Of a DNA stretch of 64,000 nt, positions 1 through 9,081 are shown one piece after another. Position 1 is the stretch's first letter, and each line of letters begins with the position of its first letter. The stretch lies in the sequence record NC_010821.1; one strand, given 5' to 3'. The notes beneath the pieces were generated by a model that did no database searches, was not told the DNA's origin, and saw only the letters and a program-made list of their open reading frames with translations. Made by a program: the position numbers and the translations under genes.

Positions 1-1
1 T

Positions 2-247
2 GAACTGGTAGAACAGGCCCTTAAGGACATTCATGCGATACACTCCGATGGTGACTACGTTTTCAATCCAGATAACGTTTTGATCACATGGGACGGTCGT
101 TCAGAAACCCTCCCTAAATGGTTAGAACGCGCAGCGCGGTATCGTGCTTCTAATGATGAGGAACCGATCATCATCACTGAGAATTTCAATGGTGAAGTTG
201 ATTTCGGTTACTATAATAATGTAAAACTAACTTTGGGGAATAAATAA
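2..247 (+). CDS. partial hypothetical protein (5' end outside window)
   Basis: Open frame from base 2 to TAA at 245-247, overlapping the ATG of the next ORF. Confidence 0.7.
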   Translation, partial: ELVEQALKDIHAIHSDGDYVFNPDNVLITWDGRSETLPKWLERAARYRASNDEEPIIITENFNGEVDFGYYNNVKLTLGNK

Positions 248-486
248 TGACACGTACACGACTCGAGAAAAAATTGCTGAAAGACTACCTCCATTCACAA
301 AGCTTTGTTGAGTGGTTCCAAGACTTCCGTGGTGCACTACTGGAAACCTTGGAAGAGAACAATGATCCTCGGGTTATCATCCGTCAGTTCAAGAACCGTA
401 TGGTTAAACGGGGTAACCGTAATGTGTGGTTCCGTCGTACGCGGATGGCACATTACGTTAAAGTGGCATTGGACCTCGATCTGTAA
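247..486 (+). CDS. hypothetical protein
   Basis: ORF track; TAATG stop/start coupling. Confidence 0.7.
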   Translation: MTRTRLEKKLLKDYLHSQSFVEWFQDFRGALLETLEENNDPRVIIRQFKNRMVKRGNRNVWFRRTRMAHYVKVALDLDL

Positions 487-519
487 CCAATCCTGTAGTC
501 TAACTACAGGGGCTACACC

Positions 520-927
520 ATGACCTTTAATGTTGTTGAAACAGTGGTTGATCTGAACTATCGGTTCAACCGCACCTACTACGAACACGGGGATAACCTA
601 GTTAAAGTAGGTAATAAAGATTGGGGATTCACTGACGCGGATATTGTAGAGATCAAGTTGTATGGTTGGCAAGCTAAAGAACAGAAACTTAAGTTCTATA
701 AAGAACGTAACTATGTTCAGCAAGACCGATTGATCTTTACGATCTTTGATGAATACACTAACCTGATTCAAACTGAACTGCATGTAATCCTTTCTGAGAA
801 AAGAACTTACTGGCGTGAGAACCGCGAGACCCGTGGTCGCACGTTCCCTAATTTCTCATTAAAGCTTAAGATCATTCAAGATCCAAACAAGAAGACTTAC
901 GTGTGGTCTGGGGAGTATTGGGGATGA
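520..927 (+). CDS. hypothetical protein
   Basis: ORF track; GGGG SD-like sequence upstream. Confidence 0.75.
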   Translation: MTFNVVETVVDLNYRFNRTYYEHGDNLVKVGNKDWGFTDADIVEIKLYGWQAKEQKLKFYKERNYVQQDRLIFTIFDEYTNLIQTELHVILSEKRTYWRENRETRGRTFPNFSLKLKIIQDPNKKTYVWSGEYWG

Positions 928-1352
928 AGTCATCAACGCGTATCACGATACCTATTATCCACGGTGTTAATGGTTGCATCATGGATTTCCCATTTACACG
1001 TCAGGGTGAGACTAGGTTGGCTCCAATCAAATGGATTACACCTATCGAAGTTGAATACCCTGATGGATGGGCCATCTTTAAACTGAAAACCGTTCCTACC
1101 TTGATCCTTTATGAAGACCATAAAGAGTTCGAGATATGGGATCAGTACATGATGTCCAAACCTAAGTTGGTAGGTCGAGTTAAAATCAACTGCACTACCG
1201 ATTATTATGAAGTCGAACTTGAACCTAAGTACAGGTGTTTCCGACTGAGTATGATTCTGTTGGTACACCATAACCCACAGGAACCTTTTTATACCAATGC
1301 GTTTCGTAACCGTACTCCGTATGGTGAGTGGCGCTATAAGGATGTTATCTAA
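924..1352 (+). CDS. hypothetical protein
   Basis: ORF 903..1352; ATGA overlap with the previous stop and GGAG upstream favour a start at 924. Confidence 0.75.
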   Translation: MKSSTRITIPIIHGVNGCIMDFPFTRQGETRLAPIKWITPIEVEYPDGWAIFKLKTVPTLILYEDHKEFEIWDQYMMSKPKLVGRVKINCTTDYYEVELEPKYRCFRLSMILLVHHNPQEPFYTNAFRNRTPYGEWRYKDVI

Positions 1353-1601
1353 ATGTGGAACGATCCGTTAATCACCCCAAAGCCGGCTGCCAGGCCACCA
1401 GCACCAAAGGCACCACCACGGAAACCGGCTAAGAAGAAGCCTAAACCAAAGCCTAGGCCTAAGTCCACTGCTAAGTTGGAGAAAGACCTAGCTACCCTAA
1501 AAGAGTTGACTAAGTCTCAAGGTATCCAGCTTGCACGTTTGGGTGAGATCGTTACCAACCTTCAGTTGAATCATATTGATCGAATCGCGGTGGATACATG
1601 A
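1353..1601 (+). CDS. Pro/Lys-rich protein with C-terminal coiled coil
   Basis: PKPAARPPAPKAPPRKPAKKKPKPKPRPK followed by a heptad-like LEKDLATLKEL segment. Confidence 0.7.
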   Translation: MWNDPLITPKPAARPPAPKAPPRKPAKKKPKPKPRPKSTAKLEKDLATLKELTKSQGIQLARLGEIVTNLQLNHIDRIAVDT

Positions 1602-1921
1602 ATGACTTATGGGAATTGTTAAAGAAAGTCTTTTGTTCGAAGCGTAGTGAAGGGCACCATAAGAAACTTCATGACGCTTGTACACGCAAACCTTTACCTG
1701 ATAAGGCTCCACCTGGACCACCTAAGATCAATAAAGTTACTACCGTAAGGCTTGAGGTCGATATGGCAAAACAAACTAAGAAAGATAAGATTGTTGAACT
1801 AGAACGTGAACTCAAAGACCTGCGTCAACAATCTGAGAATCAAACAGCTTTGTTGGAAGTTATCGTTAAAGAGTTGTCTGGTCTACGCCGTGATCTCTCA
1901 CACCTACTCCCGGAGAAATAA
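1598..1921 (+). CDS. basic Pro-rich/coiled-coil protein
   Basis: ATGA overlap; RKPLPDKAPPGPPK then LERELKDLRQQ. Confidence 0.7.
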   Translation: MNDLWELLKKVFCSKRSEGHHKKLHDACTRKPLPDKAPPGPPKINKVTTVRLEVDMAKQTKKDKIVELERELKDLRQQSENQTALLEVIVKELSGLRRDLSHLLPEK

Positions 1922-1923
1922 GA

Positions 1924-2739
1924 ATGGCAATTGCAGTAGTTAACCATAGTGATCTTGTTAAGTTCACCGATGACTTGGGGTTTCCTAAGTACACCAAAGT
2001 AAAACTGGAACCGGGTGGTATTGGTTATCAGTATTACGATAAATGGGTACGCGAGAACGTGCAGTGGATTGACCTCATCAACCTAGATCCATCGGTACAT
2101 GTACGTATCACTGAATCGGCTCAATTGGTTGGCGAAATCCCTGAGGCGTGGAATCTCCGCCACCAACAGTTCCTTGAAGGTACCGAAGAACTAAACTCCT
2201 TTAAGGCAATCAGTACCGAGATCGATGGCGTTCCAATTGAGATTGAAACCCACGTGAACCGTAATGCCATTAAAGTAGCCGTAACTACAACTGAGTTGAA
2301 ATACAAGGTTGATTACGTCAAGTCTTTTGAAGGTGATGTACTCAATGAGAACCATTTGGTAATTGCCGTATTCGATTCTCCAGAAGATACTAGCATTAGC
2401 TATACGACGGAACTACCTGTTGACGTAATCTGGACAACTAAAGTTGACCACGTTGACGAAGGTGGTGTCGAGGTACCGTACCTTTTCAAACGGGCTTATT
2501 ACAACGATCCAGTGAAGGAAGAATCACATCCATGGATCTACGTGGGTAGCCTAACCGACGAAGAATACGAGATCTGGAAAGAGTACAATATCGAGAAACC
2601 TAAGACACTCGAAGATATGCTCGATACGGATTTCCGTGGTATTGATGAATCAAAAGTAAAAGCCGCCGCTGAATCTACCTTAACGTTGGCTAATGCTATT
2701 GGCGATGCCCGTAAAGGTATCAGTCATTTAGCTAGTTAA
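1924..2739 (+). CDS. hypothetical protein (acidic, 271 aa)
   Basis: ORF track; followed by a terminator hairpin. Confidence 0.8.
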   Translation: MAIAVVNHSDLVKFTDDLGFPKYTKVKLEPGGIGYQYYDKWVRENVQWIDLINLDPSVHVRITESAQLVGEIPEAWNLRHQQFLEGTEELNSFKAISTEIDGVPIEIETHVNRNAIKVAVTTTELKYKVDYVKSFEGDVLNENHLVIAVFDSPEDTSISYTTELPVDVIWTTKVDHVDEGGVEVPYLFKRAYYNDPVKEESHPWIYVGSLTDEEYEIWKEYNIEKPKTLEDMLDTDFRGIDESKVKAAAESTLTLANAIGDARKGISHLAS

Positions 2740-2743
2740 ATTA

Positions 2744-2770
2744 GTCCTCCCTTCGGGGAGGATTTATTCT
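2744..2770 (+). terminator. intrinsic terminator-like hairpin
   Basis: GTCCTCCC-TTCG-GGGAGGAT followed by TTATTCTG. Confidence 0.75.
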
Positions 2771-2789
2771 GTTTTGGAGTGGGTTAACA

Positions 2790-3032
2790 ATGCTTAAAAT
2801 ATTTGAGTTGATCTCATTAAATACATGGTTTCGTAAATTTGCCGCTGAATATAAAGTGGCCAAAGTTAAGTTGCTTCAACGTGAATTGGCATCGTGCAAT
2901 AAACGTTTAACTGATATCATCCAGCTAGCTAATGCGAACCCCACTGTAGACTACTCAGGGAAGATCATTGGATACTGTGATCTGATTCGACATTACGAAT
3001 GTAAGCTTATTAATAATGGCGTACAGATTTAA
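2790..3032 (+). CDS. hypothetical protein
   Basis: ORF track; GGAG upstream. Confidence 0.65.
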   Translation: MLKIFELISLNTWFRKFAAEYKVAKVKLLQRELASCNKRLTDIIQLANANPTVDYSGKIIGYCDLIRHYECKLINNGVQI

Positions 3033-3068
3033 CACTATAGTCTGCCCTCAATAACAAAGGTTTAACGG

Positions 3069-3437
3069 ATGCTAAGTTTAACACACGTAACACGACTGAT
3101 GCTATTAACTGGAGCTTTGATGTTCCCTACAATGGCACACAGCGTTCAACAGGTTTTCGTTGATCAGCTTTATTGTGATGGTCTAGCTGATATGGCTAAG
3201 GCTGGAGCAGAAGCTAAGCAACGAGGTGAGTCACTTCAACAGTGGCGAAACAACATGTTGGCCATGAAAGGCTACGGCGTGCGCAACGAAGATAACGTTC
3301 TTTTCCGCGTTCTGCCACAAGCAATTGAAGAAGCTGGTGAAGTCTATAAGGCAAAGCGTCCTCCGGTTGCCACCTACATCGCTACTTATAAAGCTTGCAT
3401 GGTATCAGACTTCGGTCATACCAAAATACTGCGATAA
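3069..3437 (+). CDS. putative exported/periplasmic protein with signal peptide
   Basis: N-terminal R-hydrophobic-AHS signal-like sequence; two Cys in the mature part. Confidence 0.65.
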   Translation: MLSLTHVTRLMLLTGALMFPTMAHSVQQVFVDQLYCDGLADMAKAGAEAKQRGESLQQWRNNMLAMKGYGVRNEDNVLFRVLPQAIEEAGEVYKAKRPPVATYIATYKACMVSDFGHTKILR

Positions 3438-3442
3438 AACAT

Positions 3443-3470
3443 CCCCTCCGAAAGGAGGGGCTTTATTTCG
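3443..3470 (+). terminator. intrinsic terminator-like hairpin
   Basis: CCCCTCC-GAAA-GGAGGGG then CTTTATTTCG. Confidence 0.75.
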
Positions 3471-3481
3471 AGGATGCCTTC

Positions 3482-3694
3482 ATGACTTTGCTAAATAAGG
3501 TTTACTTTTTTGTGATTCTACCACTTTGGTTAGGCTCAGCTAGCCTTAACATATATGCGTTCTTCAAGAAACGTACTGTACGTAGTCCAATGTTCAGACG
3601 TTGGAATCTAACCCATAGTGTCACTCAGGTGACCACCATCCTATTCGGTCTCTTAGTAGGTTTCCTAGGGGCTGAAGTTTATCGAAACTGGTGA
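3482..3694 (+). CDS. small two-TM membrane protein
   Basis: ORF 3395..3694; GAGG upstream of ATG 3482; two hydrophobic stretches. Confidence 0.6.
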   Translation: MTLLNKVYFFVILPLWLGSASLNIYAFFKKRTVRSPMFRRWNLTHSVTQVTTILFGLLVGFLGAEVYRNW

Positions 3695-3699
3695 ATTAA

Positions 3700-3933
3700 A
3701 TGTTTGAATACCTTAACGCTAAATTGATTCAACCTTTCCTACTCCGTCGTAAGTTGGCTAAACTCAAATTACTGCGAGAAGAATACGAGATACACAAATG
3801 GGCGTACGGTACCAGTGTACCTAATGAACGTAGTAAATGGTGTGATAAAAGAGCCAGTGCTATTAAGAATGAAATCCTTAATCTACTGACCGATGACGCC
3901 TACCCGTGGAACGCTGAGAATAAGGCTAAGTAA
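3700..3933 (+). CDS. hypothetical protein
   Basis: ORF track; coupled to the next gene. Confidence 0.65.
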   Translation: MFEYLNAKLIQPFLLRRKLAKLKLLREEYEIHKWAYGTSVPNERSKWCDKRASAIKNEILNLLTDDAYPWNAENKAK

Positions 3934-4277
3934 TGATTCCTTTCAAGGACGCAGATCAGTGGCGTATTAGTGAAGGTTATGCTGACATGACTGTCATTAA
4001 TACAGGTGGCTGTGAGAACTTCGCAACCGACATGCTACACCACATACCTAACGGTGAATTGATAGGTACTGAAAACGTGGTCTGCTGGGATCACACAGAT
4101 ACATGGCCAGGTGGCCACTGTTGGATTTACGATGGTGACAAACATTATGACAGTGAAGCACTAGACGGCGTGGATGACTGGCGACAACTTCCTTTCTTTA
4201 GTACTCGCCTCAAAGAACTTCGCGAAGTAACAGAATGTGATTGTCCACAAGTATGTTTTGTGAAAGTAAATAAATGA
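3933..4277 (+). CDS. hypothetical protein, possible Cys-His-Asp (papain/transglutaminase-like) fold
   Basis: GGCENFA, GHCWIY and YDSE motifs in catalytic-triad order. Confidence 0.55.
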   Translation: MIPFKDADQWRISEGYADMTVINTGGCENFATDMLHHIPNGELIGTENVVCWDHTDTWPGGHCWIYDGDKHYDSEALDGVDDWRQLPFFSTRLKELREVTECDCPQVCFVKVNK

Positions 4278-4282
4278 CATAA

Positions 4283-4303
4283 CCCCCTCCATTACGGAGG
4301 GGG
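4283..4303 (+). terminator. intrinsic terminator-like hairpin
   Basis: CCCCCTCC-ATTAC-GGAGGGGG. Confidence 0.6.
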
Positions 4304-4330
4304 ATGGTCTAATTCTTTTTTGGAGGTTTT

Positions 4331-4531
4331 ATGTATCACGTATATATCTGGTTGTCCCTAGCAATAACCTTTATTGCTTTAGTTTGGTTTGAACATAAGC
4401 AACTTACCAATGGTGGCCTGTTCTACGGATTTGGATTCTTCTTTAGTAGCATCGGATTCACACTTTCAACTATTGGTTGTGTTATCAGCATACTCATCGG
4501 TGCGGTGGAGTTGTTTAAGCTTTTAACTTAA
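4331..4531 (+). CDS. small two-TM membrane protein
   Basis: GGAGG SD; strongly hydrophobic. Confidence 0.7.
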   Translation: MYHVYIWLSLAITFIALVWFEHKQLTNGGLFYGFGFFFSSIGFTLSTIGCVISILIGAVELFKLLT

Positions 4532-4549
4532 CTCAAAAGATTTCAGATT

Positions 4550-4557
4550 TATATCAT
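4550..4557 (+). promoter_or_regulatory. variant early-type promoter TATATCAT
   Basis: 6/8 match to TATATTAC, in AT-rich intergenic DNA upstream of the SspB-like gene. Confidence 0.4.
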
Positions 4558-4603
4558 GTAGTTGAGTTATAAACCACTTCAATCAGCATAAGAGGAAACG
4601 TAC

Positions 4604-5725
4604 ATGTCTATCCAACGCATTACTTTCGAAGGTGTTCTGAACTGGCTGTCCACTAAGCAATCCGATAAGTGGCACATGGTATTTCAGGCATCTCAGTTTG
4701 ATCTGAATGACTTCGTTGATAGTGTTAGCTTCGGTCATCTGACTTTGAACCTGAGTCCTAACGCTACTCGTGACATGGCTCTGTATGATGAACACATCTA
4801 CTTCAAGATCTGCAAGCACGGCATCCCACAAGAGATGATGATTCCATATACAGCCTTGATGATCATTCAAGATCCAGATGATCCATCCGGTTCCATGCCA
4901 TGGCCTTATTTCTTGGATCATGGTGAAGACTACACTCCAGACGAAGATGAAGAACTTGACCAGGGTACCGTAGTTAAGAAATCCAATGTAATCGAACTAC
5001 CTAACTCGGGAGTTAAATTGGAGTTGCGTATTCCTACGCTGGAGGACTATAACAACCTGAATTTCGACAACGTACTTCAGTTCCCTAAAAAGGATGCTGA
5101 TGGAGAACTACCATCCGCCGAAGAAATTGCTGAACTCAATCAACTGATGTCGGACAATGGCATGGACATTAATCTGGTGGAGTTCAAACGAAATGACAAG
5201 GGTGAGTTTGAAGTTTCGCTTAGCCTTAATGATAATCCGGTAGTTGAATGGGACGGTAAAGATAAGCATCTCAAGCAACTGTCTGATAACCTACCTAAAG
5301 GACTGGTTTCCGATGACGGCATTATTGATGTAGTGAAGCTCGCTTCCAAGGCACAACGTCTGGCACTGGCTGCGCCGCCTACGTTGCAACAACGTATGGC
5401 TGAACGCGGTATGAGTGTGATCATCGGTGGAGCTAAGCCTGCTGAAGCTAGCATGCCTTTCATTGATGAAGTCTATCGTGCTAAGCGTGAACGCCGTGAA
5501 GCTATCCAGAAAGCGGCAGACGAAGCGTTGTTCAAAGAGCGAGCACTTCCAGCAGGTACAACCCTAGGTGAAATGCTTCAATCGCCCGGCATGACCATTC
5601 GTTCGGATGGTTCTAAAGGTAACTCGGTGTTCTTCCCTGATCTGGATGTACGTAAGTGCTACTTCCATACTCGACGTATTGTTCGTCCAGAATGGCTCCA
5701 AGTACATGAAGGGGGTCTGAAATGA
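4604..5725 (+). CDS. SspB-like (ClpXP adaptor) N-terminal domain with long acidic extension
   Basis: GHLTLNLSPNATRDMALYDEHIYFKICKHGIPQEMMIPYTALMII aligns by eye with E. coli SspB GQIVLNIAPRAVGNLELANDEVRFNARFGGIPRQVSVPLAAVLAI; C-terminus RPEWLQVHEGGLK resembles the ClpX-binding tail RPALRVVK. Confidence 0.7.
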   Translation: MSIQRITFEGVLNWLSTKQSDKWHMVFQASQFDLNDFVDSVSFGHLTLNLSPNATRDMALYDEHIYFKICKHGIPQEMMIPYTALMIIQDPDDPSGSMPWPYFLDHGEDYTPDEDEELDQGTVVKKSNVIELPNSGVKLELRIPTLEDYNNLNFDNVLQFPKKDADGELPSAEEIAELNQLMSDNGMDINLVEFKRNDKGEFEVSLSLNDNPVVEWDGKDKHLKQLSDNLPKGLVSDDGIIDVVKLASKAQRLALAAPPTLQQRMAERGMSVIIGGAKPAEASMPFIDEVYRAKRERREAIQKAADEALFKERALPAGTTLGEMLQSPGMTIRSDGSKGNSVFFPDLDVRKCYFHTRRIVRPEWLQVHEGGLK

Positions 5726-5886
5726 TTGACGGTATTTTTGCAGCGGCGTACATCTTCACCATCTTAGGTTGGATAGGTATCCCGATGGCGGTGCTAGGTA
5801 ATAACGATAGGATGTTTAAATATCTATTACCCACTACCATTTGCTTTTCAATATTCACTGTAATATGGACTATTTTCTATGGATAA
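5722..5886 (+). CDS. small two-TM membrane protein (54 aa, below track cutoff)
   Basis: Translated by hand: MIDGIFAAAYIFTILGWIGIPMAVLG...IWTIFYG; overlaps both neighbours. Confidence 0.6.
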   Translation: MIDGIFAAAYIFTILGWIGIPMAVLGNNDRMFKYLLPTTICFSIFTVIWTIFYG

Positions 5887-6277
5887 TATCGGTCGTAACA
5901 TCGAGGTTCGTGCAATTATCGAGAAAGCTTTTGAAGTATTACAGATGATAAAAGATCCATTGGAACTTTGGTGCATCGTAGACCTTGCTCCTGAAGTACG
6001 CGGTGCCATTCCACCGACAACAGAGAAGCTGGTGTCTATTGAACTGGGTCCGTTAACCCGTAATACCCGGACGACACTACATCCAGATCACTTGATGGTT
6101 TCACTTAGTGCAGACACACCTAAGGTTAAATTGCCCTACAGTGCTATCTACTGTATGGCAACCTCAAGTGATCTAGCCCAGGATCTCAACTGGATGCAGG
6201 GTACATCCGAAGGTCGCGACCTAGCCTATGTCGACTTGGTACAACCTTATCACGGGATTCCTAAGTACCAGCAATAA
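5879..6277 (+). CDS. second, diverged SspB-like domain protein
   Basis: LVSIELGPLTRNTRTTLHPDHLMVSLSADTPKVKLPYSAIYCMA matches the spacing of the SspB core and of the upstream paralog. Confidence 0.5.
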   Translation: MDNIGRNIEVRAIIEKAFEVLQMIKDPLELWCIVDLAPEVRGAIPPTTEKLVSIELGPLTRNTRTTLHPDHLMVSLSADTPKVKLPYSAIYCMATSSDLAQDLNWMQGTSEGRDLAYVDLVQPYHGIPKYQQ

Positions 6278-6286
6278 AACACTCTC

Positions 6287-6308
6287 GGGGATTACATATG
6301 TAATCCCC
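6287..6308 (+). terminator. hairpin between SspB-like gene and thyA
   Basis: GGGGATTAC-ATAT-GTAATCCCC perfect 9-bp stem. Confidence 0.55.
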
Positions 6309-6333
6309 TTCCTATTTCGCCTAGAGGTATAAA

Positions 6334-7707
6334 ATGCAACAGTATCTAGATTCCATCATTGACATTAAAGAGAACGGCGTTTTTAAAGGTGACCGCACTG
6401 GCACTGGTACTCAGAGCAAGCTGGGTCAACAAGAACGTTATTCGCTGCGTGACAACACCCTCCCAGTAATTACCACCAAGAAGATCCATCTACCGTCTAT
6501 CATCCATGAACTGATCTGGATGCTATCGGGTGATACACGTGTAGACTACCTGATCGAAAACGGGGTTCGAATCTGGAACGAGTGGGTAAAACCGCACACC
6601 GCTGAATACCGTGCTTTGATGCCAGGTGAATTGCGTAAAGCACTTCAACCAAAAATCGGTGATCGTCATCTATTGGTCTTTGTATATGGTGAACAGCGTC
6701 CAATCAAAGTGATCGATTACAACTCTTATCTGGATTCTCTGAAAGACGAAGCCGCGCGCGATTTCAAACAACAGTTCAATGAAGAGCAACTAACCACAGC
6801 TGAATACGTGATCGAAGTGACACCAGAAGACTGGCGTCGTGTTAGTACACCAGACTTCAAAGAGCACCTTACTCCAAACCTTATTCCGTACGAATACGAC
6901 CAGCGTATTTATCGACTACTGTTTGATAAAGAGCCGATGAAGTTGATCGGCGGTGATCTCGGTGCAGTGTATGGTAAGACTTGGCGTGATATCGAAGACA
7001 CCCGTGTGATTCCAAAGTATGACTGGGTTGATTATGAAGCTCGTGGTTTTGACTTCGTAGTGGATGTTCCCGGTACCAGCATTGAGAATGATCGTTGTGT
7101 TGTAACCCGTCGTATCGATCAGATCCAAGACATCATCGATCAACTCCGTACCAACCCTGATTCTCGTCGGATCATCGTTTGTGCATGGGCACCTCAACTG
7201 GTAGATGAGCAAGCACTTCCACCATGCCATAGCTTCTTCCAGTTCTGGACTCGTGAATTGACAGTGGAAGAAAGGATCAAGTTACTCCGTACGACTAAAC
7301 CTGAGATCTATAACGTGATTGATGGGACCACAGGGTATTTCGAACATATCGCTGATATCAATGATATCCCTAAGCGTGCAATTAGCTGTCACCTCTATCA
7401 GCGTTCGGTTGACGCCTTCCTTGGAAAGCCGTTTAACATCACGTTCTATAGTCTGCTGACTCACTGGCTGGCTAACCAACTGAACATGGTTGCGGATGAG
7501 TTCGTTTGGACTGGTGGGGATTGTCACATCTATTCCAACCACCAAGAACAAACTGATCTTCAGTTGACTCGTGAACCGAAAGCTCTGCCAACTATTCGCT
7601 TTACTCCTGAAGCTAAGGGTAAAGACATTCGGGAGATCCGTCCAGAAGACTTCGAGATCCTGAACTACGAGTTCCATCCACACATTGCAGGTAAGGTAGC
7701 TGTCTAA
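6334..7707 (+). CDS. thyA: thymidylate synthase with large insertions
   Basis: DRTGTGT, IHELIWMLSG, GDLGAVYG, SRRIIV, catalytic ALPPCH, YQRSVDAFLGKPFN, GDCHIYSNH motifs. Confidence 0.95.
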   Translation: MQQYLDSIIDIKENGVFKGDRTGTGTQSKLGQQERYSLRDNTLPVITTKKIHLPSIIHELIWMLSGDTRVDYLIENGVRIWNEWVKPHTAEYRALMPGELRKALQPKIGDRHLLVFVYGEQRPIKVIDYNSYLDSLKDEAARDFKQQFNEEQLTTAEYVIEVTPEDWRRVSTPDFKEHLTPNLIPYEYDQRIYRLLFDKEPMKLIGGDLGAVYGKTWRDIEDTRVIPKYDWVDYEARGFDFVVDVPGTSIENDRCVVTRRIDQIQDIIDQLRTNPDSRRIIVCAWAPQLVDEQALPPCHSFFQFWTRELTVEERIKLLRTTKPEIYNVIDGTTGYFEHIADINDIPKRAISCHLYQRSVDAFLGKPFNITFYSLLTHWLANQLNMVADEFVWTGGDCHIYSNHQEQTDLQLTREPKALPTIRFTPEAKGKDIREIRPEDFEILNYEFHPHIAGKVAV

Positions 7708-7940
7708 TGGGTCCTACAGCACTTGAGCTGATTGAAACGAATATCGGTAAAGGTATTCCACTCACGCTTGATGATCGCGTGTATTACCATGAAGCTAAGC
7801 AGATGGGCGCTGACTACCATAAGGTGGAACCAGCGATTACGAATGCTAAAGACATTCTGTCTTTACTGAGTCGACATGGCCTGAATCGCACTGAAGCTGA
7901 ACTATCCGAGTGGCTGGATAAACAAGGCGTACCTAAGTAA
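7707..7940 (+). CDS. hypothetical protein
   Basis: TAATG coupling to thyA. Confidence 0.7.
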   Translation: MGPTALELIETNIGKGIPLTLDDRVYYHEAKQMGADYHKVEPAITNAKDILSLLSRHGLNRTEAELSEWLDKQGVPK

Positions 7941-7950
7941 CTGACATAAT

Positions 7951-7972
7951 GGGTCCCTCCGGGGACCCTTTT
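7951..7972 (+). terminator. intrinsic terminator-like hairpin
   Basis: GGGTCCC-TCCG-GGGACCC-TTTT. Confidence 0.75.
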
Positions 7973-7987
7973 ATAATGTGGACTACC

Positions 7988-8542
7988 ATGAACCCTAAAT
8001 CTGGATTAAGGCCGTATCTGGAAAGAGATGTAGAAGATATCGTTGAGGCTATTATTGACGATGAAGGCAATGTGGCTTCTCAGATTAAGATCGTGGTCAA
8101 TGGTCAAACGAGGTTGGTTAACTTAGGTTTGATTAAGAACACGATGAAGTTCATCTGGGAACGACCTGAACCATTACCATGGGAGGATACGCTAAAAGAG
8201 ATACTACTTACAGCATTCCCTGATTACCTTTGGCCGGCAGATACCATAAGCGGTATTAAACTCGAAACCCCACGTAAGTTGATTCGAACTGCAATAACCA
8301 AACGAGACGGCATACTGGTTGCATCTAATGTATTCAGATGTCAATTTGGTGGAAAGGTATTTGGTCCAGAGATATCCGCACACTGGATATCAGAACCACT
8401 TACTAAATTCCAGCAGATTTACATCATGCATTTACTACTGGCACACGGTGAAGATGGACATGTAGGACATGGGATGGTTGACTGGGAACTATTCGTAGAT
8501 CTAACCACTAATGAAGCTCGATTCGACTTGAGGAATCAATGA
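7988..8542 (+). CDS. hypothetical protein
   Basis: ORF 7949..8542; start placed after the terminator hairpin (uncertain). Confidence 0.7.
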   Translation: MNPKSGLRPYLERDVEDIVEAIIDDEGNVASQIKIVVNGQTRLVNLGLIKNTMKFIWERPEPLPWEDTLKEILLTAFPDYLWPADTISGIKLETPRKLIRTAITKRDGILVASNVFRCQFGGKVFGPEISAHWISEPLTKFQQIYIMHLLLAHGEDGHVGHGMVDWELFVDLTTNEARFDLRNQ

Positions 8543-8862
8543 TGGAACAAGGTATCATAAACCGCATTCGCCAATTGGCAGAAGATCTGGATATCGCTGA
8601 AACGTATCCAAAGCACATCAACATCACCTTTGATGAAGCTAACGATTACGCAGTCAAGGTACTCAATGCTAAATTGAATGGGGTCCCAATGGCAGTGGTC
8701 TTGGTCAGTGTTGAATACGACCAAGGGTTGTTGAATTGCCTACGTGGGATTATGGAACAGCGCTTTGGGATGGGTGAACACATCCTCGACATCAAGGTTC
8801 CTAAAACACTCGATCGGATTATCATCAAGTTCGATCAACCTTATTCGTTACTGGAGGCTTAA
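8539..8862 (+). CDS. hypothetical protein
   Basis: ATGA overlap; GAGG SD. Confidence 0.75.
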   Translation: MMEQGIINRIRQLAEDLDIAETYPKHINITFDEANDYAVKVLNAKLNGVPMAVVLVSVEYDQGLLNCLRGIMEQRFGMGEHILDIKVPKTLDRIIIKFDQPYSLLEA

Positions 8863-9081
8863 ATGGATAGTCGTGCACAGATCATCGGCGCTCGGTATTC
8901 GCCATCAGTGAGAGGTTACATACTGGAAGCTATGGAATTAGAAAGGATCGTCAGTGACTTACATTGGTCGCAGATGGGCGCTAATGATTGTAAGAATGAT
9001 CATGGTGAACGAACCAACCATAAACTGAAAGATCAACCGTTCTATGCACGGGGTCGTAACGGTAAAATGCGCAATTGGTAA
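8863..9081 (+). CDS. hypothetical protein
   Basis: GGAGG SD. Confidence 0.7.
   Translation: MDSRAQIIGARYSPSVRGYILEAMELERIVSDLHWSQMGANDCKNDHGERTNHKLKDQPFYARGRNGKMRNW

Noticed and set aside
6590-6950. thyA insertion as an intein or intron
   Set aside because: No N-terminal Cys/Ser block, no C-terminal His-Asn, no LAGLIDADG motif, and the reading frame is continuous.
6334-7707. thyA-like gene as a dCMP hydroxymethylase (modified-base pathway)
   Set aside because: It keeps the Asn of the PFN motif that specifies dUMP; hydroxymethylases have Asp there. No glycosyltransferase or other base-modification genes were recognised nearby.
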